A stretch of 64,000 bases of DNA from an uncultured Sphingobium sp. (GCA_964250175.1 CAXUEQ010000003.1:7102-71101); one strand, 5' to 3'; positions 28,755 to 37,400 are shown, counted from the stretch's first letter. The notes: generated by a model not told the origin, from the sequence alone. Translations and numbers: made by a program.

Positions 28755-30625
28755 TAGCGCACCTTCCTGCGGCCGTCGGGTGTAATAAATACGGTCCCCG
28801 GTTTAAGACTCATCGCCTGCTGCACCGAGCTTACTCGCACAGGCTGATCACCGGGGACCGATCCGCTTATTCCTCGCTGCTTATAGGTTCGCAGGTCGTC
28901 GATAATCCGGTTGACTGATTTTTTGAACTGGACTTCGCTTTGCTGCGGGGACAGTGCGCCGATCGCAGCGGTCAACTTTTCACCTTCAGCGTTGGAAAGC
29001 GCCCCCATGCCCTTCATGGACTGAACCATGGGCAGGAACACCTGGGCCTTCATCGCATCCAGTTCGGCGTTGAAGTCGGCGGCATCGGTGCCGGGGACAA
29101 CCCAGCCGCCGAGAAATCCACCCGTCAGGCCTTTTACGCCAACCGCTGTTGACAGACCGGGGTGCGGCTCAATCGCGCCACGAACGACTTTGCCGCTCTT
29201 GTCCCGCACAGCGGGTGCGCCGACCAAACGCTGGGCCGTGTCAATCGCCCGGTCAAAAGCATCAAGAGCTGACTGCGAATAAGCGCCGCTCTTGTCTGGC
29301 GAGCCGGGCTTCTGCCCTCCAACGGGGACGGGAACGCCGAACTCATTGCGGTAATAGATAATGTTCGTCGGCAATCCCTCTGCCTCGTTTTCAGCTGGCG
29401 TCATGCGAACGCCCTGCGGCTTCGCTTTCGGTGGACCTCCATCGGCGATCACGCGACTGATTCCCGCCTGCCCGCCGTCAACGGGCAGGCCCTCAATGAG
29501 CGATTGCACCGTGGTCTGTCCGCTCCTGATCTTGCGCGCGACCAGTGCGGCGGCAGCATTCAGGCCAGCCACCTTGGTCGGGAACTTGCGGAACCCGCCT
29601 TCGCCGCCCGCGCCCTTGATGTTGGCGGGATTGTTGTTCCGATCGGCAAGCGATCCTTTCCCGCCCTCGCTCAGCGTCATAGCCTGCGCGATCTTGAGCG
29701 GAGACATGCCGGTCAGATCGGCGGTCGGGGCAACGCCAAGATACTGCGATGCGCCCGCAATCTTGCCATCAACGGCAGCATCCTCATTGTCGCCACCATT
29801 CCGTGCGCGGGGCGTCCAGCCTCCGGTGAAGCGGCGCCCGCCCGACGCGTCATCGGTTGCAGAACCGCCACCGCCCGGGGTGAACTCCACTACCTTCTTG
29901 CCGGGTTCGACCGTGACAGTCTGAGGTGCGAACGGCGTCGTGTAGATCGGCTTGTCATCTTCGCCCAAGAGCACGTCGCCGGGCCGCATCACGCGCTTAC
30001 CGTCTTTTCCAATTCCCAATTGCTCGCTGACATTGGCGAATTTATCGGGGATGACTGTCGCCATAAATGATGCCAGGCCGTCCTTTACCGCGGCGATAGC
30101 CTTGGGATTGCCTGTCTTCAGAAGTTTAAGCTGCCCCTCAAAGAAGCTCGGGTCGCTGCCCTCACCGGTGTTTGCGCCGCCGGCACCAGTCTGATAGCCG
30201 CCAGCATTGCGATCAGAGCGGACGCGCGTTTCCAATTGCTCGATGGCTTTATCGACAAAACCATTTTTGAGGAGGTTCCATACTGTCGATGCATGGCGGA
30301 GCTCGCCCCGTTGCGTCTGCTCGTCGAAACTGTCGTAAGAAGCCTTCAGTGCTTCCTTGAACTCCGGGTATTTCGCGATCATCCGCGACATGCCGAGAAA
30401 CATGTTACCTTGTGGAAGGGCGGAGAGGTCCTGCTGATACTGCTGCTGGCGCTGTTGCAGCATCTGTTGCTTTTGGGCTTCGGCGCGCTGCTGGGCCAAG
30501 ATATTGTTGTTCTGTTCTGTGGTTTGAGCGCCGAGGACACCTTGATTCCAGGCTTCCAACGGTGTGGGCCCGCGAAGCCCGCCGAAACTACCAAGGCTGC
30601 CGAGCACATCATAGGGAGTATCCAT
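28754..30625 (-). CDS. DNA ejection protein, P22 gp20-like, with RNNNPxNI domain
   Basis: GTDAADFNAELDAMKAQVFLPMVQSMKGMGALSNAEGEKL..AIGALSP resembles P22/Sf6-like ejection proteins; Gln-rich N-terminus. Confidence 0.8.
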   Translation of the reverse strand: MDTPYDVLGSLGSFGGLRGPTPLEAWNQGVLGAQTTEQNNNILAQQRAEAQKQQMLQQRQQQYQQDLSALPQGNMFLGMSRMIAKYPEFKEALKASYDSFDEQTQRGELRHASTVWNLLKNGFVDKAIEQLETRVRSDRNAGGYQTGAGGANTGEGSDPSFFEGQLKLLKTGNPKAIAAVKDGLASFMATVIPDKFANVSEQLGIGKDGKRVMRPGDVLLGEDDKPIYTTPFAPQTVTVEPGKKVVEFTPGGGGSATDDASGGRRFTGGWTPRARNGGDNEDAAVDGKIAGASQYLGVAPTADLTGMSPLKIAQAMTLSEGGKGSLADRNNNPANIKGAGGEGGFRKFPTKVAGLNAAAALVARKIRSGQTTVQSLIEGLPVDGGQAGISRVIADGGPPKAKPQGVRMTPAENEAEGLPTNIIYYRNEFGVPVPVGGQKPGSPDKSGAYSQSALDAFDRAIDTAQRLVGAPAVRDKSGKVVRGAIEPHPGLSTAVGVKGLTGGFLGGWVVPGTDAADFNAELDAMKAQVFLPMVQSMKGMGALSNAEGEKLTAAIGALSPQQSEVQFKKSVNRIIDDLRTYKQRGISGSVPGDQPVRVSSVQQAMSLKPGTVFITPDGRRKVR

Positions 30626-31386
30626 CAGAATTTTACTCCGCCGAGGCCCCCAAGGCCGCTCATGAAATTACCGTAGGCACCGCCCAGGACAATAGGCGGT
30701 GCCGATGAGCTGCTGCCGCCGGATTTAAACAGGCTGCCGAGAGCACTTTGCACCCCGGAATTGCCAAAAAGGCCGCCCAGGCCGCTAAGAACTCCGGATG
30801 TGGTGCCTCCGGTGATTGCACCGTTTAACAGCGCGCCGGACCCTTGTGCGGTGCCTGTATTGTGCAAGATGCCCGAAATATTGTTAGCGCTATTTTGGCC
30901 AAGCTGCCCCAACGTGTTGCTGGCCGCTTGCCCTGCGCCAGAAATGCCACCGAGATTGGACAACTGCGCCAAGATCGCTTGTGTAAGCGTGTCTGACCCG
31001 AAGTCGGCGAGCGAGCGTTGCGTATTTCCGCCGCGCAATCCGCCCGTTGCAGACGCATTGGCGAGGATGGTGTTCTGACCGTTCCGATACATTGACTGGT
31101 AGAGCGGGCCGGCCATAACTTGATCGATCGCTGCCTGCTGCGTGTCGTTGCCATTCAGCCCAACGAGGTTGCCCTGCTGCGTCAGCGCGGATTGTCCCGC
31201 CTGAAGCCAGGGCATGGTATTCTGCTGAGTGATGTCGAACTGGCGGCGCTGTTCGGCGATGGCCGCATTGTTCGCAGCCTCCTGCGCAGCAATTGCCTGT
31301 TTGTTGGCCTTTTTCGCAGCGCTGCCTGCAATAAGGCTTCCTCCAATGCCGGCTGCGGCACCGATGAGCGGGGCTGCTATAGGCAT
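30625..31386 (-). CDS. DNA transfer protein, P22 gp7-like
   Basis: GGAGG RBS; Gly/Ala-rich N-terminus; AIAEQRRQFD...PW.QAG..AL; ASATGGLRGGNTQRSLA. Confidence 0.82.
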   Translation of the reverse strand: MPIAAPLIGAAAGIGGSLIAGSAAKKANKQAIAAQEAANNAAIAEQRRQFDITQQNTMPWLQAGQSALTQQGNLVGLNGNDTQQAAIDQVMAGPLYQSMYRNGQNTILANASATGGLRGGNTQRSLADFGSDTLTQAILAQLSNLGGISGAGQAASNTLGQLGQNSANNISGILHNTGTAQGSGALLNGAITGGTTSGVLSGLGGLFGNSGVQSALGSLFKSGGSSSSAPPIVLGGAYGNFMSGLGGLGGVKF

Positions 31387-31940
31387 ACCGCCTCCATGAC
31401 GAAAAGTTCGACAGCCTGCGGCCCAATGTCGGGATTGAAAACTACCTGCTCGACGCCTTCGGATTTGAAGCCCAGCGCGCGGTTGAAGAAGCGACAAGGC
31501 CTGTTTCCAACTGGCGTCTGCGCCCACACCATGCGCGCATCGTGCGCGTTGAAGGCGGCCGAGAGGATGGCCGTACAGGCCAGCTTCGCCCATTTCCCCC
31601 GACCTTCTGGCAGGATAAAATCATGTGCATCGTAAACGCCTGGTGCCGACCAGACGAGAATGGCGCCACCATGCTCCCCAAGAAAGCATAGGTTTCGCGG
31701 ATTTTCCATCAGCGGGGCGATGTCCAGCGGGCCTTCCATGCCAAGGCTGAGGGATGGGAAAATGGAGGGGTGGTTTATGATCGCGTTGACCGCAGAGGCA
31801 TCGCGGGTTTGTCGGACGATTGCGGCTGGTTGCGCCGGGCGTGCGTTCGCACATGCACGCCGACCGAGATTGCCGATCCATGACCATGCTGATTGCGCGA
31901 TGTCACCGGTTGTCAAACGAGAGGCTGCGGTCGCTATCAT
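31377..31940 (-). CDS. GNAT-like virion assembly protein (P22 gp14/DUF2824-like)
   Basis: INHPSI, YDAHDFILPEGRGKWA, NR....F.RALGFKSEG; canonical position before gp7. Confidence 0.7.
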   Translation of the reverse strand: MIATAASRLTTGDIAQSAWSWIGNLGRRACANARPAQPAAIVRQTRDASAVNAIINHPSIFPSLSLGMEGPLDIAPLMENPRNLCFLGEHGGAILVWSAPGVYDAHDFILPEGRGKWAKLACTAILSAAFNAHDARMVWAQTPVGNRPCRFFNRALGFKSEGVEQVVFNPDIGPQAVELFVMEAVCL

Positions 31941-32080
31941 GCGGCCTCTCGCACTTCCCGGCGAACAGCGTGCCGCAGAAGTTCGGAAAGGCTCATGCCC
32001 TCCCGCCGAGCTTTTTCTTCAGCAGCCGCGACAAGAGCATGGTTAGCGCGAAAGTGGACAGGCGTGTTGTGAACAGACAT
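31937..32080 (-). CDS. 47-aa ribbon-helix-helix (CopG/Arc-like) regulator, not in the ORF track
   Basis: MSVHNTPVHFRANHALVAAAEEKARREGMSLSELLRHAVRREVREAA; GGAG RBS; ATGA overlap with the gp14-like gene. Confidence 0.75.
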   Translation of the reverse strand: MSVHNTPVHFRANHALVAAAEEKARREGMSLSELLRHAVRREVREAA

Positions 32081-32140
32081 GGCTGCGCTCCGATTATGTA
32101 GCGCAACAGTAGCATAAAATGATTTATTTACAATGTATTG

Positions 32141-32180
32141 GCCGCGAATAGCCGCGAATGACTGCGAACGGTAGCGAACA
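32141..32180. promoter_or_regulatory. Four 10-bp-phased GCGAA repeats upstream of the ejection operon
   Basis: gccGCGAAta gccGCGAAtg actGCGAAcg gtaGCGAAca, next to an AT-rich promoter-like segment. Confidence 0.7.
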
Positions 32181-32269
32181 TTGCGCTAATATTTATTTTC
32201 CACTCCACTTGCTTGGATGGCGACTTTCAGGCCGGCTCAGCTAACGCTGTAGGCGGGTAGCCCGTATAA

Positions 32270-32485
32270 TCACCGGGGGAGCGACGTCAGCCGTTTCAGT
32301 ATGGCTTCAGCTCGCGCCATTAACGCTTTTGCGCAAGGAATGCCTTGCTCCCCCTCTATTGGCAGATTGGCTAAAACACGAAGATCGTCGATATGGATTG
32401 CGCCCCACTGCCGCCTTGTGAACTGGGACGGTGGCCCAGGCTGCCCGCGTTCCAACACTTCGACCCGCCGTTTCATCATCGTCAT
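32270..32485 (-). CDS. Small protein, N-terminal R-h-x-x-LE motif
   Basis: MTMMKRRVEVLERG; ATGA coupling. Confidence 0.6.
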   Translation of the reverse strand: MTMMKRRVEVLERGQPGPPSQFTRRQWGAIHIDDLRVLANLPIEGEQGIPCAKALMARAEAILKRLTSLPR

Positions 32486-32700
32486 GCCTTTTCCCCAAGC
32501 CATTCCCGAGTATCGCGCGGCAGCTTGGACCACTCCGCGTCATTTCTAAGGTACGGCGGCATGGCGTCCAGCCGATCCGCCTCTTCATGCTCTGCTGGCA
32601 GGATAGGCTGCCCCAGCCAGCGACGGACATTGGCCGGAAGCTGGTCGCCACCCTTGGCAATGTGAAGGCGGTCGAGACGACCACTGAGATTACGGTTCAT
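32482..32700 (-). CDS. Small protein, N-terminal RLDRL motif
   Basis: GGAGG RBS; MNRNLSGRLDRLH; ATGA coupling. Confidence 0.62.
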   Translation of the reverse strand: MNRNLSGRLDRLHIAKGGDQLPANVRRWLGQPILPAEHEEADRLDAMPPYLRNDAEWSKLPRDTREWLGEKA

Positions 32701-32963
32701 CCCGCCCTCCGTTCGGATAGCCAAGCATCGGCGATAGGCCTGTCGCGCTCCACCACGGGGCAACATACGGGTCCATCGGGACCAGCGCCGACGAAATGGA
32801 CGAGGATGACGTTGTCGCCAGGGCCGATATGGTCGCCATTATCATTGGCAGCCAACACATCGGCCCATGAGCAGCCGTCGTGCCAAAGCAATTGATGCCA
32901 GCGCCCGGTTGTGGCCGCTGATCGGGCCTCAAGCGATGACAGGCGTCGTTCAAGAATTTTCAT
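32697..32963 (-). CDS. Small protein, N-terminal RLxxLE motif
   Basis: AGGA RBS; MKILERRLSSLEAR. Confidence 0.65.
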   Translation of the reverse strand: MKILERRLSSLEARSAATTGRWHQLLWHDGCSWADVLAANDNGDHIGPGDNVILVHFVGAGPDGPVCCPVVERDRPIADAWLSERRAG

Positions 32964-32972
32964 CGTGTGTTC

Positions 32973-33224
32973 CTACAGGTCGAAGTCGCTGGGATGCATG
33001 TTTGCCAAAGTTCGCTGCTGCCACTTCGGGGCCGATGCGATTGCACTGCGCATAGCTTCGCCACCCGCTGGAGCGAACGAACCTTCCTTCAGCATCGGAA
33101 CATAATCCGCGAACCGACGGTCATATTCATCAGCGTGGACCTGAATCTCCTGTGCGGTCATCCGGCCGCCAGTATTGGTCGGAGATTGCTCCAACCTGAT
33201 AAGTCTGTGGTTTAATCTAGTCAT
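32973..33224 (-). CDS. Small protein, N-terminal RLxxLE motif
   Basis: GAGGAGG RBS; MTRLNHRLIRLEQ. Confidence 0.65.
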   Translation of the reverse strand: MTRLNHRLIRLEQSPTNTGGRMTAQEIQVHADEYDRRFADYVPMLKEGSFAPAGGEAMRSAIASAPKWQQRTLANMHPSDFDL

Positions 33225-33234
33225 ATCGTCCTCC

Positions 33235-33672
33235 TCATTTCGACTGGGCTTCCAGAGCAGCGATCCGCTTTTCCAAATCCCCGGACTCAACAATATTCTT
33301 GTGCGCGGTGAGCAGCGCCATGACGCGACCAGCCTCGTCCGGCGTGATTTCGCCCGCCGAAACTGCCGCAAGAACGGCTGCTGATGCGGCGACAGTGTCG
33401 GACGCCGTGCGCACTTCGGGCAGATCGACGCTCACCGGTGTGTCCTTGCGCGCGGGGGCGATACGATCCAGACAAAGCCGCAGCGCCACCATGTCGCCCT
33501 CCAGCGCTTTCTCGATCGCCACCTTGGTCAGCGCTTCGTGCTGTCCTTCCATCAGCGCCTCCACGGCCAGCGTGATCTTGTGCCGAGCCCCCTTGGGCTT
33601 GCCGCCGAGGCTGTTGCCCTCCGCGAACGTTCCGTCCGTTTTTCGCCCGTTATTTTCCGGCACCTTCGCCAT
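33235..33672 (-). CDS. DUF5681-type terminase-small-subunit-like protein
   Basis: GTFAEGNSLGGKPKGARHK, KALEGDMVALRLCLDRI.P, GEITPDEA, DLEKRIAALE; follows the helicase as in satellites. Confidence 0.65.
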   Translation of the reverse strand: MAKVPENNGRKTDGTFAEGNSLGGKPKGARHKITLAVEALMEGQHEALTKVAIEKALEGDMVALRLCLDRIAPARKDTPVSVDLPEVRTASDTVAASAAVLAAVSAGEITPDEAGRVMALLTAHKNIVESGDLEKRIAALEAQSK

Positions 33673-33674
33673 CG

Positions 33675-35159
33675 TTAAAACCTCGTCTTGCTGAAGTCAG
33701 CGGTCCAGCCGGGAACCGGGTCGTCGCCATGTTCGCCAGGAGCTAGGATCGGGCCGTCCCCACCACGATTTTTCCGCACCTCGTTTTCTCTGTCCGCCAC
33801 CCTTCCGCACCCCCCCGCCCCTACAGGGGGGCGGGTGGTGGTGGGGAAACTGGTTGGCCCCACTTCCGCACCCGTCCGCACCCCACCTTTTTCAAGTGCG
33901 GAAGGCGTATTCTGAAGCCAGTTGCCGACTTCGATCCACTTGCGCATTTCGGACTTGCTATCGGCGCGTTCCACGATCTTGAGCGCGCCTTCCTTGACCC
34001 ATCCTGCGATCAATTGACGGATGCGAGACTTGTCGGCCTTGTCGTTCACATTGAGATTAAGGACATCGGCAACGACCGTCCCAGCCCAGCCGGGAGACTG
34101 AGGACTTTCCCGATATTCCCCCGCGTCGATCAACTGCTGCACGCGCAGCGCGTGACTAGGCCGAACATCATCGAACGGGTCCGGCGCCTTCCACGGCTCC
34201 GCTACGCCGATGCTGTCACCGGGAGCATGGCCGTCCATAGGTCCGTTGCCCAGATCGACCGACGCCAGCCGATACCAATCCGCTTTCTCTGCTGGTGCGC
34301 GGTTGGCCTTGTCGTCTGCGACATTGATATAGCGCCGCCGATCGTCCGCTGGGATGCCCAGCTTTTCCGCTTCGGCAGGCTCCATCCGATTGATGACCAG
34401 CGTCGTGCGCGAAGCGTTGATGAGCGCCACCGCCCCGCGCGCCGACAATGCGGTGACTTCGCCCGCTCCAGCCTTGCTGGTATGGTGGACCAGAACGATG
34501 ACGCAATTTGCCGCCTTCGCTACCCGGCCCCACGCCTTTGCAATCTTGTCGATCAGCGAATTGCTGTTTTCCTCGACTTCATGCGACGACACGAAAGGAT
34601 CGACGACCAGCATATCTATGCCCCGGCGCAGCAGTTCCGCCGTGAGGGCGTGATAGACCGGCTCCAGCAGCTTGAACTGTCCATCCGTCTCTACCGCCGT
34701 GCAAAGCCCCTTACCCTCCATCGCGCTATCCACGAATAGCCTGCCCTCAATGTCGGCGGGCTTCACGCCGTAGTGCTTGGCGCTGGCCTGTATCGAGCGA
34801 GACAATTCGTCCAGATCATCCTCAAGGTTCCAGAGCCAGACCCGCTTCGGGCCATCCCATACCGTCTTGCCAAGCAGGGGCTTGCCGGTCACCATCGCAA
34901 GTGCGGTGCCGGAAAGCATTGTCGTCTTGCCCACGCCGCCCGGAGCGACGACGCAGGCCACGTTTCCACGCAGGAACCACCGGCCATAGACCCACGGGCG
35001 CAATGGGATGCTCGACGGATCGCGCCAGGCATAAGGCGTGGCCTCGATTGCATCCCCGTTGATCGGCACCGGGCGCGCCGTCCTGATCGCGGCCCGTATA
35101 ACATTATCGCCCATATCCTTCCCAACATCGGCGAAGTCGCGCGCTTCCTGTTCGGTCAT
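33675..35159 (-). CDS. AAA_25/RepA-family replicative helicase
   Basis: Walker A APGGVGKT; NLED; Walker B MLVVDP; VHHTSK; RGA. Confidence 0.88.
   Translation of the reverse strand: MTEQEARDFADVGKDMGDNVIRAAIRTARPVPINGDAIEATPYAWRDPSSIPLRPWVYGRWFLRGNVACVVAPGGVGKTTMLSGTALAMVTGKPLLGKTVWDGPKRVWLWNLEDDLDELSRSIQASAKHYGVKPADIEGRLFVDSAMEGKGLCTAVETDGQFKLLEPVYHALTAELLRRGIDMLVVDPFVSSHEVEENSNSLIDKIAKAWGRVAKAANCVIVLVHHTSKAGAGEVTALSARGAVALINASRTTLVINRMEPAEAEKLGIPADDRRRYINVADDKANRAPAEKADWYRLASVDLGNGPMDGHAPGDSIGVAEPWKAPDPFDDVRPSHALRVQQLIDAGEYRESPQSPGWAGTVVADVLNLNVNDKADKSRIRQLIAGWVKEGALKIVERADSKSEMRKWIEVGNWLQNTPSALEKGGVRTGAEVGPTSFPTTTRPPVGAGGCGRVADRENEVRKNRGGDGPILAPGEHGDDPVPGWTADFSKTRF
33772..33903. repeat. 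Iteron-like TCCGCAC repeats and GC palindrome (putative ori)
   Basis: TTCCGCAC at 33772, 33803, 33864; GTCCGCAC at 33874; inverted GTGCGGAA at 33896; CCCGCCCC-tacagg-GGGGCGGG hairpin. Confidence 0.65.
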
Positions 35160-36073
35160 GCCGCCACCCCGCGAGGCGGCAGCGCCACCCGTCCGCCGAC
35201 AGCGGCAGCAGCCGCATAGGCCGCTTCGACGCCGAGGTTCTTCCGAATGTTCGGATTGTCGATCAGGTGCGGATCGTCATCGGCCAGCGCGATTATGTCG
35301 ACATCTGGGAAGAGCGAACGGCAGGCCGTTGCCGTCCGAACCATATTCGCCGACGAGAAAGACACCGCCACGGCCTCGCCAGTCGCCCGGCGCACTACGG
35401 CGCATGTCGCATAGCCTTCGCCGACACACAGGACGCCCTGCGGCTCGCCGATGACGCAGAACAGGCCCTGTTGCCGCCCGCCCTTGGCAAAGCGCTTCGT
35501 GCCATCAGGCCCGATACGCTGGACGTTCCACAGCTTTCCCGCCTCGTCGCGCATCGGGACCAGCAGCAAGTTGCCGCGCTGGCGCAGTCCCTCACCGGTT
35601 ATGCCCTTGGCGACGAGGTAGGGATGCAGCGTATTGACTGGCCCTGCCCGATCCCATTCCTGCGCCACCGCCCGCGCCGCCTCGTCCTGTTGGCGAAAAC
35701 GCTCAGCAGATCGTTCCGCCTGTTCCGCGCAAATGGTTGCCGACCGTTCCCGGCGCTCTGCTGGCGACAGGCATTCCGCTGAGCCGGCACGCCACCTGTC
35801 GGAGATACCAAGGCGGTAATTCCCGAAAGCGCCGGCAGGCACGCCGTCGAGATGCAAGACTGCCCAGCCATTCAGCTTACCCGGCTTGTCCCCCTCGCAG
35901 CGAAAACGTAGGAGGCCGGGGCCGAGCCGCGACAGGATGGGTTCGACCGGCTTCATGCCCGTTGCTTCCATAGCGGAAAGGAAGGCAAGCCGTGCGTCCG
36001 CTTCTGACATCGGTGGTGCCGTTCGCGCCGCCGAGCGTGCGCCGTAATCGGCGAAAGGGTTTGCGCCCATCAT
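35156..36073 (-). CDS. Toprim-domain primase (P4 alpha/TraC-like)
   Basis: HPYL..KG, LLVPMRD, QRI.PDGTKRF, VGEGYAT, LADDD. Confidence 0.88.
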   Translation of the reverse strand: MMGANPFADYGARSAARTAPPMSEADARLAFLSAMEATGMKPVEPILSRLGPGLLRFRCEGDKPGKLNGWAVLHLDGVPAGAFGNYRLGISDRWRAGSAECLSPAERRERSATICAEQAERSAERFRQQDEAARAVAQEWDRAGPVNTLHPYLVAKGITGEGLRQRGNLLLVPMRDEAGKLWNVQRIGPDGTKRFAKGGRQQGLFCVIGEPQGVLCVGEGYATCAVVRRATGEAVAVSFSSANMVRTATACRSLFPDVDIIALADDDPHLIDNPNIRKNLGVEAAYAAAAAVGGRVALPPRGVAA

Positions 36074-36240
36074 GCGGCACCGTCCCACGGACCCGGCCCG
36101 GTCCCCATTATTTCATCCAGCACCGATTGAGACGCTTTGCTCTCGATACCATTCGTGCGGCGAACTTCGTCACGACGGTTGTTACCGCGCCGCTTCCGCG
36201 CTGCGAGCCAGTGGCTTTGATCGAATATGCGCACATTCAT
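36070..36240 (-). CDS. Small hypothetical protein
   Basis: ATGA-coupled on both sides within the xis-primase operon. Confidence 0.5.
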   Translation of the reverse strand: MNVRIFDQSHWLAARKRRGNNRRDEVRRTNGIESKASQSVLDEIMGTGPGPWDGAA

Positions 36241-36425
36241 GACGCACCTACCGTATTGTCTATGATCGGCCAGCCATGCGTCTTGTGCCGAGCCTCCGCG
36301 CACGCTCGGGCCTCGCCATGGGTGCGAAACTCCAGGCTGGGCCATGCAACCGATCGCGGTTCGAACGACACGACATAGCGTCCGCCGAATACGCACTCTG
36401 CAATGTTGATGGTGCGATCAGTCAT
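36237..36425 (-). CDS. Small hypothetical protein
   Basis: ATGA-coupled; ARACAE...HGWPIID. Confidence 0.62.
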   Translation of the reverse strand: MTDRTINIAECVFGGRYVVSFEPRSVAWPSLEFRTHGEARACAEARHKTHGWPIIDNTVGAS

Positions 36426-36730
36426 ATCGCACCCCAGCCGACCCAGACAATTGCCTTCTTGCCGTTGGCGTTGCGACGCCGAGCGCCGCTGTCCCGGATG
36501 ACACCCTTCTGCTTCAGCTCGGACGTGCGGGGTTGAATGGTGCCACGGTCAATCGCCAGCTTTTCCGCCAATTCATTTGTTGTGATGCCGAACGGACCTG
36601 CTTCAATAATCGCCCGCTGGACGATCTTCTGCAGATAGCCCAACGACTTCGCAATCTTATCCCCAGCGGCGATGGAGGTATCCACCCCGCGATTCCCCGG
36701 CATGTCAGGATATGTGCTGTGCGCGTTCAT
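36422..36730 (-). CDS. Winged-HTH protein
   Basis: GITTNELAEKL......IQPRTSELKQKG.IRDSG.RR...GKKAIVW. Confidence 0.75.
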   Translation of the reverse strand: MNAHSTYPDMPGNRGVDTSIAAGDKIAKSLGYLQKIVQRAIIEAGPFGITTNELAEKLAIDRGTIQPRTSELKQKGVIRDSGARRRNANGKKAIVWVGWGAI

Positions 36731-36921
36731 TGCGTCACCGCCAGTGCAGGCAAACCATGCTTTTCGAGCAATATCCGCAGCCAGTCAGCCTGCTTCTCGG
36801 TGAGAGGGTTTAGATCGAACGCAATGCCGCCCAGGAACTGACCTTCGCGGGGACGAAGGGCTGCACCGCTTGTGAGAACGGCCATCGCTGCGGCCCGCGT
36901 ATCTGTGAAGAGAGCGTTCAT
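36727..36921 (-). CDS. Small hypothetical protein
   Basis: ATGA-coupled; EGQFLGG....PLTEKQADWL. Confidence 0.65.
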   Translation of the reverse strand: MNALFTDTRAAAMAVLTSGAALRPREGQFLGGIAFDLNPLTEKQADWLRILLEKHGLPALAVTQ

Positions 36922-37121
36922 GCTGCCACCTCCCAGATCAGGCCCGACACAAGACGAGCACGCCGATTTGTAAGGCCGGCGAAGCGAGTCAGGTGTTGAA
37001 GCCGAAGGGCAGTTACGCTATCCTTGCTGCTGTCGTTGATTACCAATTCCGAGGGCCGCCCTGTGCCGGGGCGGCCTTCTTCGTTACAGGGCTGCGGCGC
37101 CCGTGCCGTTATGGATTTCAC
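36918..37121 (-). CDS. Small hypothetical protein
   Basis: Follows xis; ends RARLVSGLIWEVAA with ATGA overlap. Confidence 0.55.
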   Translation of the reverse strand: MKSITARAPQPCNEEGRPGTGRPSELVINDSSKDSVTALRLQHLTRFAGLTNRRARLVSGLIWEVAA

Positions 37122-37127
37122 GATCGA

Positions 37128-37289
37128 TCACGCATCAACCAGCGCGCGGATGCTGGCTGTCTTGACCAGTGTGCGGCGACCGATCTTGACCGTGTGAAGC
37201 TTACCTTGCGCGATTAACTCGTAAATTTTGGTAGCGCCGAGGCCGGTCGCCTTTTTGGTGCCATCAATGGTGAGTGTGACGGGTTCCAT
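37128..37289 (-). CDS. Excisionase/AlpA-like HTH protein (53 aa, not in the ORF track)
   Basis: MEPVTLTIDGTKKATGLGATKIYELIAQGKLHTVKIGRRTLVKTASIRALVDA; GGAGG RBS. Confidence 0.85.
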   Translation of the reverse strand: MEPVTLTIDGTKKATGLGATKIYELIAQGKLHTVKIGRRTLVKTASIRALVDA

Positions 37290-37305
37290 CTCTTCCTCCG
37301 TTGCG

Positions 37306-37400
37306 GCGAATGACGGTCATTCGCGAAGGAGGGCATATTCAGGGGCAGAAAATGTCCCGTCGAAATGTCCCGGGGACAAAGATAGGGTTTTCGGGACATT
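37306..37400. promoter_or_regulatory. Operator cluster upstream of xis
   Basis: Palindrome GCGAATGAC-G-GTCATTCGC (37306-37324); AAATGTCCCG at 37350 and 37363; inverted GGGACA at 37373 and CGGGACATT at 37392. Confidence 0.7.

Noticed and set aside
25596-31940. Calling the element a complete prophage
   Set aside because: No TerL, portal, capsid, tail or lysis gene is recognisable between the att sites. A deleted prophage remains an alternative but no remnants were seen.
32141-32190. Tandem repeats as a CRISPR array
   Set aside because: 10-bp units with no spacers and no cas genes; no CRISPR array was seen in the window.
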